DNA of 64,000 nt from Candidatus Melainabacteria bacterium 17Bon1m (lineage in GTDB: Bacteria > Cyanobacteriota > Vampirovibrionia > Obscuribacterales > Obscuribacteraceae), in the NCBI GenBank assembly GCA_032128875.1, contig JAVLKG010000011.1:64001-128000 (forward strand), given 5' to 3'. A program made the translations under genes and the position numbers. The notes under the pieces are model-generated. The model was given only the letters and a program-made list of their open reading frames with translations. It was not told the origin of the DNA and did not search any database. Below are positions 58,830 through 64,000 of the stretch, in pieces. Position 1 is the first letter of the stretch; each line of letters starts with the position of its first letter.

Positions 58830-60497
58830 ATGGCCCCCATCAAACCTGAAGCATTGGAAGCAAAAACACCCGAAGATAACAAACCGGTACTTTCCGTTCA
58901 AATCGGTGATGGTGACAACAAACAGCTCCTTTCCTTCAATCGTAGCCAAGCCGATCAACTGAAATCTGCCGGCATTCTTCCGGAATTGTCTATTAGCGGC
59001 GGCACCGAACTCGATTATGTTCGCAACAATTTCGACAAGCTGGACAAATCCAAAGATGGACATGTGACAAAGCAAGAGATTGAAGACTACATCAAGACCA
59101 ATAAAGAGCTCTCTAAGCAAGAAGTGGATGCACTTACCAAAACAGCAGCCAATATCAATAAGCTCGAAAACAACAATAGAGATGCAGAGTTTATTACTGT
59201 AGACACAGGCGGTGGAGCGTATGGTCCTGAAGGTGGACTCACGAAGAAAGATGTTGAGGTCTCCAATCAACGTTTGAAAGCTGAAGAATACGCCAACAAG
59301 AATTTCGACAAGTTTGACAAAGACAATGACGGTCATGTAAACGCTGATGAACTCAATGCTTACATGAAGGCGAATGAAGGCAAGTTGAGCAAAGAAGAAC
59401 TTGCCAATCTTCAAACTCTAGTTAAGGACATGGAGCGCCTCCAAAGTTCTGCGAATGACGAATTGTTCATTGAGAATGATGGATTCACTCAAAGAGACTT
59501 GAAGGTTGCTCGCAACGAAGATGGTACTGCAGGTATGAAGATCGCTGATGGCAGCTTCAAGTTCAAGAAGGAAGAAGCGCCCGAATCCAGGACCGGCGAA
59601 GTTCCCGGTCAAAAACCAGAGCCTGGTAAGAAAGCCGGCGATAACTCTTCAACCGGTGACCATGAGTATGTGATCAAGTCCGGCGACTCATTCTGGAAAA
59701 TCGCGAAGGACAATTTGAGAGCACAAAACGGAAAAGATCCGTCCAATGCAGAAGTAGTCAAAGCGATGAATGAATTGGCCAAAGCCAATGGAATGAAGCT
59801 TACTGACACGATTCATCCGGGGCAAAAGTTGAAAGTGCCCGGTCCGGACAAGGGTGAATCTATGCCTGCAAACGGTGAGAAACGCGCACCAGCTCCACGT
59901 CGCGCAGAACCAGTAATGCCTACACGCAAAGGCGAACCAGCACCAACCGAACCTGAAAAAACTGAGCCTCTAGCTCCCAAGCCTGAAGCTAAAGCTCCAG
60001 AATCCGCATCACAAGTGCTTCAACGCCGCTTCAGCGAAATTGATAAAGATGGCAATAATAAAGTAACCAAGAAAGAAATCGATAAGTATTTGAACGATCA
60101 CGCAAAAGATCTTTCCGCCGAAGAAGTAAGAGCACTCGATATTATGGCTAGAAACGAAAACAAGATTCGCACGCTCGTTGACGATGAGAAAGGTCCGGAA
60201 AACAGCGGTATGTCCCGCAAGGATTTGCAGAAGCTCGATCAGGTTCAAAAGATCGGCAATGGCATGCTGGCCACCGGTATGTTCAATGAACTCGACGGCA
60301 ATCACAATAAGTTCCTCAGCAAGGAAGAGATCACCAAGGCACTGACGACAAGAAATCTCACGCAGCAAGAGCGCGTCACCCTGGAGTTTCTCAAAGACAA
60401 TCTGAAGATTCTTCAAACCGGTGTGGACGATGAGCGCGGAGCGGAAAACAACGGTGTATCGCAAGCCGATTTAAGATACTTCGCATCACTCAAGTAA
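58830..60497 (+). CDS. EF-hand repeat + LysM protein (protease-less paralog)
   Basis: Four EF-hand loops; LysM YVIKSGDSFWKIA...IHPGQKLKVP; ATG 58830 after GAGG. Confidence 0.88.
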   Translation: MAPIKPEALEAKTPEDNKPVLSVQIGDGDNKQLLSFNRSQADQLKSAGILPELSISGGTELDYVRNNFDKLDKSKDGHVTKQEIEDYIKTNKELSKQEVDALTKTAANINKLENNNRDAEFITVDTGGGAYGPEGGLTKKDVEVSNQRLKAEEYANKNFDKFDKDNDGHVNADELNAYMKANEGKLSKEELANLQTLVKDMERLQSSANDELFIENDGFTQRDLKVARNEDGTAGMKIADGSFKFKKEEAPESRTGEVPGQKPEPGKKAGDNSSTGDHEYVIKSGDSFWKIAKDNLRAQNGKDPSNAEVVKAMNELAKANGMKLTDTIHPGQKLKVPGPDKGESMPANGEKRAPAPRRAEPVMPTRKGEPAPTEPEKTEPLAPKPEAKAPESASQVLQRRFSEIDKDGNNKVTKKEIDKYLNDHAKDLSAEEVRALDIMARNENKIRTLVDDEKGPENSGMSRKDLQKLDQVQKIGNGMLATGMFNELDGNHNKFLSKEEITKALTTRNLTQQERVTLEFLKDNLKILQTGVDDERGAENNGVSQADLRYFASLK

Positions 60498-60560
60498 TTA
60501 AGAAAAAAAACAAAGCAGAAAGATTCAGGATCAAAACCAAGACAGACACCGCTTAACCAA

Positions 60561-60601
60561 AAGAAGGAGGAGCTACCAGCGCTTCTCCTTCTATTTTATT
60601 T
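60561..60601. terminator. Probable terminator between convergent genes
   Basis: AGAAGGAGGAGC...GCTTCTCCTTCT followed by ATTTTATTT. Confidence 0.6.
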
Positions 60602-60636
60602 CTCTGTTTGCGACAACAGAAACTTGTTCAACTCTC

Positions 60637-61281
60637 TCAGTCGTCGTTATATCCGACTTCAGTGCTATGAGCGAATCTACGTCTTTCACCCTCAACGGAT
60701 TTAATTGCCTTCAGGCAAGATATCGGGGGACGAAACTCAAAGGCGGAAACGTCTTTATGCAGAGGTTCTGGCAAACACTCATTGATGTAATCAATACCGC
60801 TGAAATCTTTGAAGCCAAGCTTGTGCACTTTCCATCTGCGCAGTCGCATGGGCGCATCTTCTTCCCATGTGGCCCAGAGCCACTTGCGAAAGAGTGCTTT
60901 AAAAATTGGCTCAAACATCTTAAAGATTGGATGCGTGATGATGTTGTACGTCGCAGTAATGCGGCAACGCTCACCAGGGAGATCTTCAAACAGAACTTCC
61001 ATCTCGAGCAAAAAACCGAGCTGATCCTGGTGGAATGTCTTCATTACATTCCCTTCCATGTATTGAAGCGCCATACCTCCGCTCCAAAATGGAAGAAACG
61101 GCATTTTTTTACCGCGATAAACAAGCGCCCAGTCATCTCTCTGCGCGAGCACCCGAGCATGGTCATAGAGCTTATAATGCGTGCCAACAAGATGCTCGTG
61201 GTCATAGTAATTCCACATTACTATTTCTTTTGGGCAATCCATTTCGGCCCGGCACGTGACGCTAAGATTTACTGTTTTCAT
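60637..61281 (-). CDS. SRPBCC-fold protein resembling a Rieske-oxygenase catalytic domain
   Basis: NYYDHEHLVGTH (N-x2-D-x2-H-x4-H) and WEED; downstream of a Rieske gene. Confidence 0.7.
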   Translation of the reverse strand: MKTVNLSVTCRAEMDCPKEIVMWNYYDHEHLVGTHYKLYDHARVLAQRDDWALVYRGKKMPFLPFWSGGMALQYMEGNVMKTFHQDQLGFLLEMEVLFEDLPGERCRITATYNIITHPIFKMFEPIFKALFRKWLWATWEEDAPMRLRRWKVHKLGFKDFSGIDYINECLPEPLHKDVSAFEFRPPISCLKAIKSVEGERRRFAHSTEVGYNDD

Positions 61282-61294
61282 CTTCACTTCATCT

Positions 61295-61678
61295 TCACAG
61301 CAAATCAATGTAGATCTTCTGGTCGCGAATGTGCAGAGAATACTCTCTCAACGGAAGGTTTGAGTTGGTCAAACACGCACCGCTGCTGCAATCGTATTCC
61401 CAGTTGTGCCACAAGCAAGTAAACTTGCCGCCTTTCGCTTGGTGATATCCGACGGGGCCGCCAAAGTGCCTGCAAATGTTGCTGATCGCTTTTACTTTAC
61501 CTTCGAAAATATAGAGCAGTATGTCGTGCCCCTCAATCCACTTTGTTAGCTGTCCATGCTTCGAAAGTTCGCTCATGGATGCAAGAAAAGGGCAGACGCG
61601 CTGTTGCCCTAACTCGGAGATAACTATCTCGTCGCGTTCTTCGTTTGAGACGTCATTTTTGACTAACGAATTGGTCAT
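61295..61678 (-). CDS. Rieske [2Fe-2S] protein
   Basis: CRH ... CLWH ligand motifs. Confidence 0.92.
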   Translation of the reverse strand: MTNSLVKNDVSNEERDEIVISELGQQRVCPFLASMSELSKHGQLTKWIEGHDILLYIFEGKVKAISNICRHFGGPVGYHQAKGGKFTCLWHNWEYDCSSGACLTNSNLPLREYSLHIRDQKIYIDLL

Positions 61679-62068
61679 TTGTCGGTTAGCCGTAAGATCC
61701 GGTGAGGGCTACTACTTGAGACTCCGTAACCATTGTACGGACGGGGGATTGCATAATCATTAAAGAAAAGAAACGATTGTCATGAGTAAGTTGCATGTTG
61801 AGTCTGCGAAACCCGAAAGGGCCCCCATTTTTTGGTCCTTCTTGACCCTTTTCATTGGCCAATTGAAACTAATTTCACGCGGTACTAAAACGGTCATGAC
61901 TTTCTTAATAGACTTAAGCGGACGTTCATTGAATCTCAAGGTCTGAAATGCTGTCGCGGTTAGGTTGCATGCAGTATGTGCGTTCGATGTCGTAGCGTAT
62001 CTTGATCCGAAATACTTTTGCACACAACTAGTTTTGGATTCTCTTTGGCAAGAAGAGAGGCACCGAAT

Positions 62069-62227
62069 ATGGTGCTGTTGGCAGTAGCTTCGCTCTGTCT
62101 GCTGTACACGTACACGTTCTTTCTTCGACCGAGCGCTGTTAGGTCGTCAGGTGGAAAGATCAGGGAATTCGACAGCGTCAAGAGCGTAGAATATGCACCT
62201 CCACGTCAGCTCGGCGCGGGAAGTTGA
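62069..62227 (+). CDS. Possible small membrane-anchored protein (52 aa)
   Basis: AGAGAGG RBS; MVLLAVASLCLLYTYTFFL hydrophobic start; directly upstream of dodecin. Confidence 0.4.
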   Translation: MVLLAVASLCLLYTYTFFLRPSAVRSSGGKIREFDSVKSVEYAPPRQLGAGS

Positions 62228-62272
62228 CGTGTCGTCAAATAGTTATTGTTCCTCTGGAACCAAGGAGTTTAA

Positions 62273-62479
62273 ATGTCAGGCGTATATAAAATGGTCGAAA
62301 TCGTTGGCACTTCATCGGTCAGCTTTGCAGAAGCTACCAAAGAAGCTGTTAAGCGTGCTGCTAAAACCATCCGTCACATGGGTTGGTTCGAAGTAGTCGA
62401 ACAACGCGGCGCCATCAAAGATGGCACAGTTTCTGAATTTCAAGTCAAATTGAAAGTCGGATTCAAGCTGGACGAGTAA
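62273..62479 (+). CDS. Dodecin (flavin-binding)
   Basis: VYKMVEIVGTS, AAKTIR, WFEVVEQRG, FQVKLKVGF; AAGGAG RBS. Confidence 0.95.
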   Translation: MSGVYKMVEIVGTSSVSFAEATKEAVKRAAKTIRHMGWFEVVEQRGAIKDGTVSEFQVKLKVGFKLDE

Positions 62480-62573
62480 TTTCTCGTACCGGAAATAACA
62501 ACTGAAAAGGGGGGCCACAGGGCTCCCCTTCTAGTTAGAGTGCTTTGGAACGATTTCGGAGCGCATCTTGTGC

Positions 62574-63218
62574 TTATGTTCCGAAAATACGATCGCCTGC
62601 ATCGCCCAAGCCTGGCACGATGTAGCCGTGTTCGTTCAAATTGTCATCAAGCGCAGCCGTGGTGATTCTGACGTTTGGAAATTGCTCGTGTACGCGCTTT
62701 ACACCCTCCGGCGCGGCAACTATAGAGACCAAGTGAATGGTTTGAACATTCAATTTGTCGAAAAGGTTAATGGCAGCGCATGCCGAGCCACCAGTTGCCA
62801 GCATTGGATCGAGAACGAAGACGCGGCTTTCGTTGGGGAGGGCTTCCGGCAGTTTTGCATAATAAGAAATCGCCTTCAGCGTCTCTTCATCGCGGCGCAG
62901 ACCGATGTGATAGATGCGGGCGTTGGCGAAAAGCTCTTGTGCTGCTTCTGCCAGGATGAGCCCAGCTCTCAAAACCGGTGCAAAGACCACATAATCGCTA
63001 AGAGCTACACCCTTTGCCGGTCCAATTGGCGTCTCGACGCCCACTTCACGGACGCCCAGTTCACGCATAGCTTCGTAAACCAGGAAATAGCTGAGCTGTC
63101 TGGCTTTCTCGCGAAATTCGCCCGACGGCGTCTGGTAGTCGCGCAGCCTGGTCAAAATATTCCTCGTTAGAGGATGATTTACGATCGTGAGTTTTGACGT
63201 GTCCGTGCCAGTAACCAT
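62574..63218 (-). CDS. upp: Uracil phosphoribosyltransferase
   Basis: PVLRAG, RDEETL, LDPMLATGGS, YIVPGLGDAGDR. Confidence 0.97.
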   Translation of the reverse strand: MVTGTDTSKLTIVNHPLTRNILTRLRDYQTPSGEFREKARQLSYFLVYEAMRELGVREVGVETPIGPAKGVALSDYVVFAPVLRAGLILAEAAQELFANARIYHIGLRRDEETLKAISYYAKLPEALPNESRVFVLDPMLATGGSACAAINLFDKLNVQTIHLVSIVAAPEGVKRVHEQFPNVRITTAALDDNLNEHGYIVPGLGDAGDRIFGT

Positions 63219-63256
63219 TGGAGCTTTCTCCCCCTGTGTGAGGCGCCTCTGTGCGC

Positions 63257-64000
63257 TTATGCCGCCCGGGACTTAAGGAGGTTGTCTGCCTCTTGTCGAG
63301 CCCAGCGATCCGCCTCAAGTATATCGTCCAAACCGGGATTGGTGACCGGCTTGTGCTTCTCTAATACCTGTTCGATAAGTTTTGGAATGTCTTTAAAGAC
63401 AATTCGTTCGTTGAGGAAGGCGGCAACGACTATTTCGTTGGCTGCGTTCATTACACATGCGCTGGTATTGTCCTCAGATGCGACTTTCTTGGCGATTGCC
63501 AGGCAGGGGAAACGGTCTGTGTCCGGCTCTTCGAATGTAAGTTGGCTGAGCGTCGTCAAATCCAGGCGTGGAACGCGCTCTGAGTGGACTCTTTCAGGAT
63601 GGAACAAAGCGTAATGAATCGGCAGGCGCATATCAGGCAAACCCATCTGCCCGACGATAGAACCGTCTACGAATTCTACTGCTGAATGAAGGATAGATTG
63701 CGGGTGAACAACTACGCGAATTCTGTCGGCAGTAATGTCGAAAAGCCAGCGCGCCTCGACTATCTCTAAGCCTTTATTCATCAGCGTTGCAGAGTCGATG
63801 GTTATCTTCTGTCCCATGCTCCAATTAGGATGTTTTAGAGCATCACTTTTGGTGGCAGATTCAATTTGTTCTTTTGTCCAAGTGCGAAACGGACCGCCTG
63901 ATGCTGTAAGCCAGATTGAATGAACATCATTGGTCGTGTAGCCGCTCAATGACTGGAAGATCGCCGAATGCTCGCTGTCCACTGGGACGATTTTTGCGCC
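63257..64000 (-). CDS. dxr: 1-deoxy-D-xylulose-5-phosphate reductoisomerase (3' part; runs off the window edge)
   Basis: PVDSEHSAIFQ, LTASGGPF, HPNWSMGQKITIDSATLMNKGLE, NAANE. Confidence 0.97.
   Translation of the reverse strand, partial: GAKIVPVDSEHSAIFQSLSGYTTNDVHSIWLTASGGPFRTWTKEQIESATKSDALKHPNWSMGQKITIDSATLMNKGLEIVEARWLFDITADRIRVVVHPQSILHSAVEFVDGSIVGQMGLPDMRLPIHYALFHPERVHSERVPRLDLTTLSQLTFEEPDTDRFPCLAIAKKVASEDNTSACVMNAANEIVVAAFLNERIVFKDIPKLIEQVLEKHKPVTNPGLDDILEADRWARQEADNLLKSRAA

Noticed and set aside
60667-61422. 251-aa plus-strand ORF
   Set aside because: Antisense to the Rieske/SRPBCC pair, which carry the real motifs.

Overview
Gene-dense bacterial chromosome segment of about 50 CDSs and one tRNA-Gly(GCC). 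It has no CRISPR array, rRNA or transposase. The cyanobacteria-like gene order, the absence of photosynthesis genes and the EF-hand/LysM and membrane Ser/Thr kinase genes suggest a non-photosynthetic cyanobacterial relative (Melainabacteria/Obscuribacterales-like); this is an inference. Housekeeping genes include lexA, gmk-rpoZ, dusB, larC, clpB, ssb, alr-nadD-yqeK, hup, tig-clpP-clpX-lon, upp and dxr. The best finding is that two short ORFs (23512-23757 and 23773-24807) form one reading frame broken by a single in-frame TGA. That TGA sits at a thioredoxin-fold active-site position and is followed by a bacterial SECIS-like hairpin, giving a candidate 431-aa exported selenoprotein that resembles eukaryotic selenoprotein N. 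Other notable items: an EF-hand/LysM/calpain-like protease cluster, an AbiE toxin whose only start codon with a good RBS is ACG, REP-like double hairpins that supply the stop codons of clpB and lon, two coupled membrane kinases with a Lys-to-Thr catalytic loop, and a Rieske oxygenase split into two genes. All family assignments come from motifs recognised by eye; no searches were run.
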